Shown here one piece after another: positions 35,294 through 47,331 of a stretch of DNA of 64,000 nt; position 1 is the stretch's first letter, and every line of letters begins with the position of its first letter. This DNA comes from Felis catus (taxonomy: Eukaryota), in NCBI RefSeq assembly GCF_018350175.1, contig NC_058368.1:4960001-5024000 (forward strand), read 5' to 3'. A program made the translations under genes and the position numbers. The notes beneath the pieces are model-generated. The model did no database searches, had not been told where the DNA came from, and saw only the letters and a program-made list of their open reading frames with translations.

Positions 35294-35971
35294 AAAAATG
35301 AAAACATTTAAAGACAAAACATGCTCAAATGATAACATTATCACATTTATTTGTCACCGTTCCAAATGAAGGACCCCCACGTCCGCAACATTTGCTCTAA
35401 CACTGACGGCCTTTCCCCAAACCACTGCCATCCACTGGATGTTGCAGCCTAAGGACGCCGATCCCGCCTACCTACGTTCTGCTCTCTGTCCTGAATGAAG
35501 CGTTTCCCGGCGCTCCCAGAGCCAGAGCGCCTGCTGGTTTCCCCATCTTTGCCGAAAGGTCTTTTACAAAGTACTTCCTTTGGCTCCGGTGTTAGCCAGC
35601 CTCGGGGCGTTTTTGTATTTCGGATTGCAGAGACAGGTGTAGCTTTTCACTGCAGGCAGCTAATCACTTCCCTCCGCTTCCTACCTACTTTCATCGTTCT
35701 GGATTTAACTTCTTTTTTTTTTTTTTTTTCCTTGTAATTTTCTTTCTTTCTTTGGAGAGACAGAGAGAAAGAAAGCAGGGGAGGGGCAGAGAAGCCCGGG
35801 GTCTCCTGGGAATGCCCATTGCTGATGGGGTTTCACAATAACCAGACTTGGGTGTACCTTCTTCCTCAGTTCTTTACCCTTGGGCTCCTGATTCCCCAGG
35901 TCATCCCCCCTGGGGCATGCAATTCCACCAGAACATCTTTGTTTTCTTTCACTATCTTATCAAAGCTCCCT

Positions 35972-36016
35972 GCTACTCCCCTTCACGCTACTCCCCTTCA
36001 CGCTACTCCCCTTCAC
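35972..36016. repeat. Perfect 15-bp x3 tandem repeat (GCTACTCCCCTTCAC)
   Basis: Directly visible. Confidence 0.97.
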
Positions 36017-36419
36017 GGGCCGTGGGGTCCTGGGGGCTGCCACACAGGTGTCACCGGAGTAATTTCTCCCGCGTGACAACTGTCTTCTTTTAGCAGCTCT
36101 GAAAGCTACAACTTCAGGGGTGTTCTTCCAAGCCACAGATCCGAGCATTTATGGTCCAAGGTCTCCCGGCCAGTGACGGCCAAGCTGAGATTCATCCCCT
36201 CCAGCATCCCAGAGCTTCCATGCCGCCAAATCAGTTCCTGCTCCAGTGATGAGACCCTGTCTTATACTCTTTGCATATGTCCAAGCAGATCATGAGTGAA
36301 TCATTTCCTTCCACCCGATCTTTACTCTCCCTTTCTTGGGAGGGCAGAATGTTTCCCTGAATCAATTTCTTTAATCTGGCCTCTGGCCATGTTTTTCTGC
36401 TCTGAGCGCCTTGCAAGTG

Positions 36420-36910
36420 ATCTGCTGCTGCAGAAACAAATCACCCCAAAGCACAGGGGCTTCAGACAACCCTCTTTGTCGTGATTCTGTGGTTCTGCGG
36501 TCTGACGGGGGGGGGGGGGGGGGTTCTTCTCCCAGCAGGTGGTTCACACTTCCGCATCCACGTGGGTGTGGGCTGGCCTGGGAGGCCTGAGAAGGTCCCT
36601 CGCACACGGCAGGGCTGGGGCCCAGAGTCCGCCGGAGGGCTTCGGTTCACACGCTCCCCGCGAGCCCTCTTTCTGTGTACATGTTGTCAAGCTCCAGGGC
36701 CGCCCCACGTGGCCTCTCTCCAGCAGGCCGGCTCGGACGTCCTCCCAGCACGGTGGCCGGGTTCCAAGAACACAGAGATGAGGCCCTCAGTCTTCCCAGG
36801 GACAGGGCCACGGAGACCCTGTAGCCGCACTCCATCGGCCAAGTGAGTTTCAAGGCCGGCACAGACTCACGGGCCGGGGCAGTTGCCTTCCGCCTCTAGG
36901 TGACGGTGGC
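36420..36910 (-). mobile_element. Degraded MaLR LTR (MLT1F-H-like)
   Basis: AACAAATCACCCCAAAGCAC...GATTCTGTGG...AAGTGAGT..CAAGGCCGGCACAGACTCA. Confidence 0.5.
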
Positions 36911-37364
36911 ATCCAAGAGGCCGTGGCCCTCTTTAATCGGCCAGCGGGTCACGGTCCTGGCCTCAAACTCGCTACCCAGCAGGAAGGACGCACAAACGAT
37001 GGCCTCTCCAGCCCTGTGCGTGTCCTCATCAGACCCCCCATCCGGCGGCACTGGTGTTCAAGCCTGCCCTGCAGCTGTCAGGACCCCTGAGGGAGGTTCC
37101 CTGAACAGGACTTTGCAGATCCCGGCACTTCAGTTACACGCGAACTGCTCACCTACTCCCTCTGCCGGGGAGGCTAGCTCTGCCTTCTTCTTCAGGTGAA
37201 TGACCGTTCCCCCTGTCACAAGCACCGGGTGCGTCTCCAGCTCAACGTGCCTTCAGGCTAGAGAGCCACTGACTCGCATTTATTACAGGGGTTCTAGCCG
37301 ACAGTACAGTGAACCTCTTCTAGGGAGGTGCTGCTCCCTGCCTTCCTCATTCTAGGTAAGGCCT

Positions 37365-37655
37365 TGTGATGGTTAATTTGATATGTCAACTTGCCCGGGC
37401 CACGGTACCTCAACAGTCGGTCAAACACCTGTCTGGATGTTTCTGTGAAGACATATTTTAGATGAGATTAACATTTAAGTCAGTAGGCTTTGATTAAAGT
37501 AGATTACCTTCCATGACATGGTGGGCCTTGTCTAATCAGCTGAAGGAGTCAAAAGACTGAGGCTCCCTGAAGAAGCGGGAATTCTGCCTCCAGTCTGCCT
37601 TCAGATTCAAGCTGCTGCTGTAACTCTTCCATGGGTCTTCAGCCTGCCCTGCAAG
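37365..37655 (+). mobile_element. ERVL LTR (MLT2D-like)
   Basis: TGTGATGGTTAATTT.AT.TGTCAACTTG start; GATGAGATTAACATTTAA, AAAAGACTGAGG..CCCTGAAGAAG.GGGAATTCTGCCTCCAG. Confidence 0.85.
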
Positions 37656-38289
37656 AACCATCTCACCTCACGGTGCCCTTGGGTGCTTTTGGGGACTGGC
37701 AGGTATTCAAAGCTGACTTTTGTTTGGGGCGGGGCTCTCTCACCCACAGGCACCTTAATATGGGCAATGCCCCCTCAGGCTGGCCATTTGGTACCGCCCC
37801 CAGCCCCACAGGTTCCGGATTTCCAGCCACACAATCCCCATCCACAAATACACAGACTCTCTGTTACTACTGCCCCCAATGTCGTTGCCTGTGGCTTTCT
37901 CAGATGAAGTCCTTTTAAAGATGGCTCCAGTCTGGCTCTCTCTTCTATGTAGACCACATCTCATTCTAGCCCAATGCCCCAGGAACAAGATAGATGGTAT
38001 TCCTTGACTTTGGGGTCCCTTCATTTGTTTCCCTCCCAAATTCTCCCAAGAGAGACAAGTAGGTACATTTGACTGAGGTGGTAATCTGGGATGTGGTGGG
38101 ACAACAGTGGATGCTGATGTTTCTTGGCTAAGGATAACCAAAAGGGGAACCTGTTCCATTTTTTCTTATCATCCTTCCTCTCTGCCATGTATGCAACAGG
38201 TTTCTCCAGACTAGATCCACCACTGTGGGCCTCTCCCAGAAGGCCCAAAGGTGTGTCAGGGCCTGATATGCCTGTCAAGGACCTTTTGG

Positions 38290-38800
38290 CAACAAGTAGC
38301 AGAATATCTGACTAAGAGTAGCTTGAGCAATAAGGATTTATTATTACGTATAAGTATAGAGGTAGAAAGTTCCATGTTGATCCAGTGGCTTGATGATATC
38401 AGGGCTCTAGGTCAACTTCTCTGCATTCTCTTGATTTTTTTTTTTTTTTATCCTCTTGGTCACAAGATGGCTGCTACAGTTCCAAATATCACATCATCCA
38501 CCATAATACAAAGCCAGGAAGGAGAGGACAAATTCCGTTCACGTACCTCTGTTTGCGTCAGAAGGGAAAATGTTACCCAAAATTCTCCAGCAGGCTTTCC
38601 TTTACATCTCACTGGTCAGGGCAGGGTCACACACACCCCTCTCCCCCCGGCCCCCAGATCCCTGCTGCCCAAACCCAATCACTAACAAAGGGAATAGGTT
38701 AGTCTGAGACTCCTCATGATTCATCCTCTGGAGCTGGTTCCAACTTCCTTCAGGCAGCCAATCCCAGAACAAAACTGGGATTTCGTTCACCGGGGAAAGA
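38290..38800 (-). mobile_element. Degraded MaLR LTR (MLT1K/L-like)
   Basis: GGTCACAAGATGGCTGCTACAGTTCCAAATATCACATC...CATCTCACTGGTCAGGGCAGGGTCAC..CCCAATCACT. Confidence 0.65.
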
Positions 38801-41800
38801 AATGACGGAGTGTCACCAGACCAGCACGCTGTCCTCACAGGCTCCAAAGATAAATGCCACCTCCTTCTACTTCATGACTCTGCCCAGGGCAAGTCATGAG
38901 ACAGCATGTATCAGTCCTTGTCAGGGACAAAACAGTCACGCGCGTGAGTGGATTCTGCCGTTTAAATAGGCTTGTTTCTGCATCCGATGCCCCTCTGAGG
39001 TCCCCGAACGGGCTGAATCAGAGAGCAGGAGACACCACAGGGCCCACGCAGGTCCCCAGGCTGCAGGGTCCCCGCCGCTCCCCTGGGCCTCACTGCCAGC
39101 GGGCCCTCCCTCTGACTTCCCTGGTCGGCCGGAGGGGGGCGCTGCTGAGGACTCACCGGCTGCGAGGTCGAAACAGAAACGCAGATGTCCTTTAGGGGAT
39201 GCCCGGGAGGCAGTGAAAATCAGCCAGAAGCGAGGCGAGGGCTTCTGACAGCGCTCGGCCGACGCCGCCCCCGCCCCCCACTGGGGAGACGGTGCGTCTC
39301 TCTGGGTGGAAGCTAGAAGGGGGAGAAAGGAGGTGGAGCGCAGGGGTTGGGGGTGGGGTGGAGTGGGGTGGGGGAGCAGGGAAGGGGAGAGGAATGGGCC
39401 CTCCCCGTCTGGATTGGCAGGGCAACTCTTGGAGATTTTACTTCCAGTTCTGTTTTCTACTGCTTTCTGGTTTCTGTCCAACACTTCAGCAGGTCAGGGT
39501 GTGGCTTGTTGTAATTCGTTTGCGTATCTGGCAGGCCCTGGGTTTGGGGCTTCATTTAATTTCCACCACCGACCGAGCCTCCCCTTGGGGAGTTTGAATG
39601 GGAAACACAAAGAGGGAGCTAGCAGAGAATAAAGGCAGAGCAGCGCAGGACTGAAGGCAGGCTTCGGAGGCCAGCGGGGCAGGGGCCCGGGGTTTGCAGG
39701 GAGGAAGCAGTGGCCAAAAGAATCAGGAGAGAAAGAAGTCGCTCTGTGATCAAGATGAGCTTGCTAATGTCAGGAACGGAGGTGCCCAGGCCGGGACGGA
39801 GCTCAGCCGCTTTCGGGTGCCTGGGGGACCAGGCCATCCTGTCGGGAGAGCCGCTTTGCCGTGCAGAATGAGGAAGCCGGCCTCCTACCCTGTCCTCCGG
39901 GGTCCCCTGCCAGGTGGCACGTACCTCTCTATTTCCTCACCTATCCCTCCTGACACACAGTGACCAGATGAGTCCCTTTCGAGAGCACTGAAAGGTCTCG
40001 TTAAGATCACTGGTTGGCCCTTGACTGTTCTTTATCCTTCGAAGTATTGCTTCTCGATTTTGACCCCAAATCAGTAAGAACATTTTTCTGACGCTGAGCT
40101 GTGTTCCAGTTCTCCGCTCGTGATGCCGTTGTCGGGAGGGCTCGGGGACGGATGGTGTGCGCCTGCGTGCCAAACTATGGATTCATTCATCGGTTCACCC
40201 GTTCACGCAACACGTATGTAATCTGCACCGGCTGCCAGGTTATGAGGTTTCTGGGATGAGCAGCGTGGCATTAACGTGTCACCGTTCGACCCGGAATATT
40301 TTACGCCTCAGAAAACAGCATAGAAAAGCTGAAACCAGAAGCAAGAGAGGTATAGAGGAAGAAAGATTAGAAGGACGTTCGATGGCTTCCGGGGAGGAGA
40401 AAGGACCCCAAGGCCATCTGCTTCCTGGTGGGGATGGGAGAGAAATTCAGGGATCCCCTGGATGTGTTTGGGTCCTCCCTGGGCAGACGACAGCGCCCAT
40501 CCTCAATGCCACCAGGTCGTCCCCAGACCGGTGGCCAGGCCTCAGGACAACCCGAAACTCTGCCGCCAGAAACGCTAGTGTAGAGCCACCCCTTGGCCCT
40601 GGGGCTTCCTGCACGTGCAGGCCAACCCCAAATCAGGCTCTGTGTGCTCCTGACGGGGGGTGTGGAAGGCCCCGGGGCAGCTGGGACAAGGCCTGCATTC
40701 TGGACAGTGCTGGCTGTGTGTTTGGCTTTCAAAACTGAAAAGTAATAAAGGTATTTGAGGCCAAGTACGACTATAACGGCGTCGTAAAGGATTTATCCAA
40801 AAGAGCCACCTAGATGGGAGAGCTTTTGCGTGCCGGGGTTTCAGATGCATTCCGAGGGAAGGAAATGTGACTTCTAGAAAGGTGCCAGGGTTTTTTAGCA
40901 TGAGGGATTGTGCCAAAGCATTTGCTGGTTATACTTTGAATAATCAAGAAGGGTCTGCTGCCACTAATTGGCTGATTCAAGGCCAAAGTCAAAGACTTGA
41001 ATGCTGGGTTCAAGGGCACATCACTTAAATTGTATTTTTAGGAAGTGGCGTCATTCAGAGTCCAATTGATTCATGTGTTCTATCAGAATCCTTCCAACCT
41101 GACATGAGAAATATGCTCTAAGCACACCTTCAAAAGGAGGAATGATTTTCCTCCTTTTTGCCCTACTTTTTGGACATTATACTCCAAGAATTATTATGTG
41201 CTCCTATTTGCTATTTTTATATCACCACTGCCTGGACTGTGACACCCTGCATGGGACCCACCCAAATACAGTGGTAACTGTCATCGTCTGTGAAACGTCT
41301 ATCCCACACCTCCCTCAGCAGCTCGTGCTTAGGACAATGAGGAGGGACTGTGCCCCGCTTGAACGCCCTCACCGAGAAACATGGATCCAAGATAGAAAAT
41401 CCCCAGCGGGAAACAAAGCCTTGACTTCAGACTCACAAACCTTAAATGATCTTATTAATCTGAATAAAACAAAATAGGGCACAAGAATAAAGCACCGAGC
41501 TATAAAGACTCCATGATGTTTTTTGACACTCCACAATAACAAAATTCTCCTCATCACTCTGGAGGAGCTAACCCGGCCTTCCAGAATGTATTATGCCCAT
41601 GGAGGGCGGGTGTCTCCTGAGGGGAAATTGGCCTAGCTCTGTTTTCCCTTATATTTTGTATGCTGACACCCAGATACTTCTTTTTGTCAGGCAGAAACAG
41701 CCATGGGTCTGCGGGGACAGAAATCACCACTGGTTTCCCCGGAAAGTCTATTTGGTACTCGCCCCCGCCCCCACATCCCAAATGGGAGAGAAGAGGCGGC

Positions 41801-42523
41801 CAGTTATCTGAATGACAAATGGGGAGAAAATACCCAACAGCCCGCAAAACAACTCTCGCTTCAAAAAGAGGTCTTGCATCTCACCCAGTTGGAACTGTCC
41901 TTTGTCACCACCCGCAGGACGGACTCAGTAAGTTTTGTTGAATGGATAACTCAGCGTTCGTGTTCGTCGCGGAGGATTGTCCTGGCCCAGCTAGCTGCAC
42001 CCAGGCCCCTGTAAGTGACATCACCTGTACAGGGGGCGCGGAGGTCCTACCGGACGGGCTGGAGAACGAGTGACAGAAACGGCACACAGCCATACTAGCG
42101 GCTCCTTTCTGTCCTCAGTGGTGAGATTCTGGGAATAAAGCCCCTCTCCCGCTTACAACCTTCTGGTCATTTCCCAGTTTTCTGAGGACGGTCAAGTCTG
42201 AAATCCTTAACAGGGTCCATAGATCCCTGAAGACATGGCCCTTGGCTCTCTGTCGTACCCCGACTCCTGCCACTGTCCCGTTGTCCCCTAGGCTTCAGCT
42301 GCCTGGCCTCACTCTCCCCACATCCCAGCTCCTCCCACCCCGCCCCACTTCCGGCTCCGCGTGAGTTTGGGGCTCAGTTCACAGCTTACCAACCCTGAGA
42401 ACCATCTCGAAGAAGGTCCCCTGCTGAACAGTCACGTACCCTGCACTTTCACAGCACGTCCCTCCATTGGAAACATGTGCCCATGGGGATAGCGGTCCTC
42501 TCCTTTTAAACCGTAAGCTTTGT

Positions 42524-42724
42524 GGGGCACCTGGGCGGCTCAGACCGACTTGGGCCCAAGTCATGATCTCACGGTTTGTGAGTTCGAGCCCCACGTCGGG
42601 CTCTGGGCTGACAGCTCGGAGCCTGGGGCCTGCTTCTGATTCTTTGTCTCCCCCTCTCTCTACCCCTCCCCTGCTCACGCTCCATGTCTCTCTGTCTCTC
42701 GATAATAAATAAACATTAAAAAAA
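42524..42724 (+). mobile_element. Can-SINE with a small deletion in the head
   Basis: GGGGCACCTGGGCGGCTCAG-ACCGACTT lacks the TCGGTTAAGCGT segment. Confidence 0.92.
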
Positions 42725-45700
42725 TTTTTTTAGACCTCCAGGAACAAATTGATGGCTTCGGTAGCTGACTCGTTTCATTATGTCCCGTGCTCTACCAAGA
42801 AATAGCCACTCCGGGAATTTTTCTCATAATACTATTGGTTTTACCCTCTTAATTACTTTTTAATATCAGTCTATGTCATTAAGGATGGATGTTCGCAAAG
42901 GCTCTCCGTCAGAAAAGCGCCCTGGTGCTTAAGCCCCTTAAATAAGCCATTTCTTTAATAAATAATTTCCACCCACCGAGCATAATGGTGTAGATCCTCT
43001 GACAAGAGAATAAACAAATAAAAAAGAGCCTGCTTTTTGCCAGGTTTACACTGAGAGGCTACCCCCCTCCCCCCATGGGACTGGCAGGGGCGTGTCCCAA
43101 ATCTCCTAGTTCTGTGTAGGGACGTATGTGGCTATAAAACCAGGGGCGACTGCCGTCCTCCTGGGCCTCACCCCGTGCCGGGCACCCTGAGAGGCGGGAC
43201 TGACCAGGGAAACCACCACATGTCCACCGCTCTGCTGAGGGACAAGAGACCTCAGGGAGGGACCTGCCCCCCCTGCGCCCCGGCTTTCTCCTTCCTAAAG
43301 CCAGGGTTATATTACCACCTCTCTCAGGGGGCTGTAGGGATCCAGCAGCAAATTCACGTCAAATGCTTAGCCCACGGGAAAGTTCTCGACGTGAGTTGAC
43401 TCGCATTGTTTCACAGCCTGTTGCATCACATCTTCACAGCAAACTCAGGACGGCTGTGTGTGGGCGCTGATTTATCACATCCCCACTGCACAAAAGAGGA
43501 AGCTGAGGTTTGGGGGCAGGGGTACAAATCAACTTCCGGGAGGTCAGCCCGACCCCGTCAGATTGTCGGGGCGACCCTGGGACGCTCACACAGATTGATC
43601 GGTCCTCCAAGCCCCCGCCTCCATCCCGGCTGTGACCTGGGAGGTGGAGGGGAGGTGAAATACCAGAGCCAGCGGCCCCCCAGCCCCCCTTGCCGCTCGG
43701 GAAATAGCACAGCAGGGATCGGGGCTCAGCACCGGCTTTAAACTGGGAGACTGGTCTTTCTGGGCTTCCGGTTCTTTGACTCAGATGAGAAGAACACTCC
43801 TGCTGAGCATAATCTATAGGCTTCTGGTGATGAGCCCCAGTACCCACGTGGCAGCCCCAGGACATTGATCCACTCTCCTTCCTCATTTGCAACATGGGAG
43901 TGAGCGCACCCCCTCCCTGGAGGAGCTCTGTAACCCTAACACCTCACCCCTGGCGGTGGGGAGCGCACTTCTGGTCCCCCCCACCCCCCGTCCGTGGCGC
44001 TGTACATGGCTTGGCCGTGTGCCCCCAGCGCAGGAGGGAGAACTAGGACCTACCCAGGGGTCTTTTCCAATTCTGTCTCAGACTTCATCCCTTTCCATGC
44101 ACAACACTGGTGCTGACGGAGCAGAGTAGAAACCAACTTTTCCTCTCCAGGGGTGGCTGTCTATACAACAGCCCCGGGGCCGTGCGTCGGGTCGGCTGGC
44201 CTATTGCACGTCCCGCGTGAGACCTACACGCCTAACCCTGATCTCATGAGCGCAACTTCAGAGAGGAAATACGGGCCTGATGAAATACTTCTGGAATATG
44301 GATTCCGCAAGCTTTGATATAAAATAATATTTGTGAAATGTTCTAGGCTTTGGGTGAAAAGTGAAACATGAGGGTCATAAATATATCATCTAACTCGTTA
44401 GGCCAGCCACGGTGCTCGTGTCACATGAAGTAGGTCTATGGCTCTGGGCTCCATTCATCACATTATTCGGCGATTATCTCGAAGCCGAATAATTTATCTC
44501 GAAGCCGAATAAAGTAGAGAGTCCTTTTCGTGGGAGTGATGATTAAAGATGAAATTTATAATGAGGACGCGTGGAAGTCCATCTATACTGCTGATACTTA
44601 AGGATGTGCCGGGCGTGTGGAACTTAGGATATGGCTTTTGGGTCCCCCCCCCCGCCCACCGTGGCCCAGGATGTAAACTGTACTGGGATGCGTGGCCCGT
44701 GTAGCCCTCCCCGCAGTCACGCAGAGAGAACTGGCCTCTGCAACTTCTCCATTCCTGAACTGCTCTTCCTCAGGAGGCCCGTGCCCTGCAGGGAAGCAAA
44801 GGCGAGGATCTCAATTTCCCGGGACTCGGTAAATTCAGCCGGAGGTAATCAGGCAATCACTTAAGCTTTTGCTCTATGCTCAGTCTCTTAAGAAACATTC
44901 TGCGTCTATTTCCCCCTCCTCCTGCTCTCCTCCAAGATGGTGACGGAGAGGTAGGGATGGCTCATGACAGTGTGTGGTGCTAGGGGAATCTCACCTCCCC
45001 TGGAACTTTCCGGGGGCCCTCTGGCCGCGAACACAAGAGGGGCTAATGGGGCCAATTCCAGATTTGCAGTGGATCCCAGGACCTGTCTGGATTGGGAAGT
45101 GTTGGCGGGGGTGTGCCAACACCCTCTACAGGGGTCCTTGTTGCTGCCCCTGGTACTAAGTAGGCTTCCACCTGTCAGGGGGCTCTCATCAGAGACGAGG
45201 GCATAGCTGCGCCCCGCGCACTCTCACAGGGCCATGGCCTCGTGCCACGACCAGAAGGGATCACGCTGGGACCAGTGACGATTGCAAAGATACCTTCGCA
45301 GAAAATGCATCTGTTCCTCAGCAACGGCAGTGGGAAGACTGACGTCGTTATAGGCAATGTATCCTACGGCAGATGGCTTCTCAAGGACAGCGGTGCAAAT
45401 GAGGACGAGCGAAGGGTCCTGGGCCACAGTGTCGGCCCCTCTCGCTCACAGAGGGAGGCGAGCAATCAATTTAGTGTTAAAATGACCTGAGGAAGTGAGG
45501 ATCCCAGACATGAGCTCTGCCATGAAGCCTTCCTCGGCACCCGATGAGCGGGCAGAACGAGGGCTCACCACCCCCCCCCCCCGCACCTCCTACAGCGCGG
45601 GGCTTGTGGTTCCAACACCATCACTCGTGTCCATCACTCATGGTCACCATGGCCATGGCACAGTCTTTCCCCACGCGATCACCCCACGTTTCCTCCCCCT

Positions 45701-46002
45701 GATCCTTCTTCAGAACGTGGAAAGGGGCTGAAGTTCTCGTTGTCTTTTGAGCCAAGTCTCCTCCGGGGGCCAGAGGGAAGGAGGCCAGCTCCTCCAGTCA
45801 GTCCCGAGTCAGGAGCCAGCAGGGTTCAGGGGAAGCTCACACCGCCCCCTCCCAGGCTCGCCAGCCCCCCTCCCTCCTGCCCTCCGGTCTCATTGCCGCA
45901 CAAGACACGAACGCCCTCCTTGACCGAACTTTGGCCAGGCTCCACAGCCCTCTTTTCGGCCAGGCTTCATCTTTGGCCCCTGTTGTTGGTCTATGGAGTC
46001 CA

Positions 46003-46291
46003 GTGTTACTGAAGATTCTAAGTCACTTTATTGAGAGGCCCCCACCCTTGATATCCAAGCAAACTCCTCTTCCCCGCCCACCCCCTCAACTTCGGTACCG
46101 AACCAAGTTCCTCCTAGTAATTTTCCATCCACGGTCTCATCCTGCCAGTTGGTTATAAATCCCCATGGTTCCTACTGTATTCCCAGTTGCATCCGGTCTC
46201 TCTCCCCTACCGCAGCCCAGTCCTTCTGCGACTGTTTTGAATAAACTCTTTGTGCCAGTTTCATGTGTGTCAGAATAATTTCCCTTTAACA
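46003..46291 (+). mobile_element. ERV1 solo LTR (MER31-like)
   Basis: TG...CA termini, TATAAAT, AATAAA, and ending GTGTCAGAATAATTTCCCTTTAACA. Confidence 0.7.
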
Positions 46292-46562
46292 GTTCCGAGA
46301 CGGCCCCCAAACTTACTCTCTGGAAATTACTGTTTGATTTTGCTCACGGTGCAGGGAAGGCGTGGTTGAGCCACCCGTCTCCGGTCCTCGAGCGTCAGGT
46401 GGGGAGAGATAGAGTTGAGGCCACCTTCCAAGCCAACGTCGTCACTCCCACGTCTGGTCCCTCCAGGTCTCCAGCCCCTCCCTCTCCACCTGGCATCTCA
46501 TCGCTGAGGGCCCCTCCCTGTGATATTGGGTCTCTGGGCGCCACGATTTCTTACGACCCAAC

Positions 46563-46905
46563 AGAGGGACATTCTACAAAATACCCGACCAGTGCCCCTC
46601 AAAACCACCGAGGTCATGAAAAGCAAGGAAAGGCTGAGAAATTGTCACAGACCAAAGGCGGTTAGGAACACACGGCACTTGCGTGGAATACAGTAACCTA
46701 CATAGGATCTTGGAACAGAAAAAGAACATTAGGAGGAAACTAATAAAATCTGAGTAAAGTATACAGTTAAGTAGTGACATACTAATGCTAGACCCTCAGT
46801 TGTGACAGATAGTAATGTAAGAAGTTAACAACAGGGGACACTGGGTACAGGGTCTGGAAGTCTCTGTGCCATAGACCTAACACTATTCTAAAATCAAGCA
46901 TTTTT
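46563..46905 (+). mobile_element. L1MC4-like 3' end
   Basis: GGGACATTCTACAAAATA..GACCAG...GGTCATGAAAA.CAAGGAAAGGCTGAGAAATTGTCACAGA...GGAACAGAAAAAGAACATTAG. Confidence 0.8.
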
Positions 46906-46907
46906 TA

Positions 46908-47107
46908 GGGGTGCCTGTGTGGCTCAGTTGGTTAAGTGTTCGACTTTGGCAGGTCACGATCTCACAGGTCTTGAGTTCGAGCCCCGCGTCCGGCTCTGTG
47001 CTGACAGCTCGGAGCCTGGAACCTGCTTCAGATTCTGTGTCTCCCTCTCTCTCTGCCCCTTCCCCACTCACGCTCTGTCTCTCTCAAAAACAAACATTAA
47101 AAAAAAA
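46908..47107 (+). mobile_element. Can-SINE
   Basis: Full SINE with A tail. Confidence 0.94.
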
Positions 47108-47119
47108 GTTCAAAAAAAA

Positions 47120-47331
47120 TTTTTTTTATGTTTATTCATTTTTGAAAGACAGAGAGAGACAGAGCACAAGCGGGGGTGGGGCGGAGAGAGAGGGGGACAC
47201 AGAACCCGAAGCAGGCTCCAGGCTCCGAGCTGTCGGCACAGAGCCCGACACAGGGCTCGAACTCTCGAACCGCGAGATCGTGACCTAAACCGGAGTCGGA
47301 CGCTCAACCGAATGAGCCACCCTGGCGCCCC
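47120..47331 (-). mobile_element. Can-SINE, inverted, abutting the previous one tail-to-tail
   Basis: Reverse SINE ending CCTGGCGCCCC. Confidence 0.94.
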
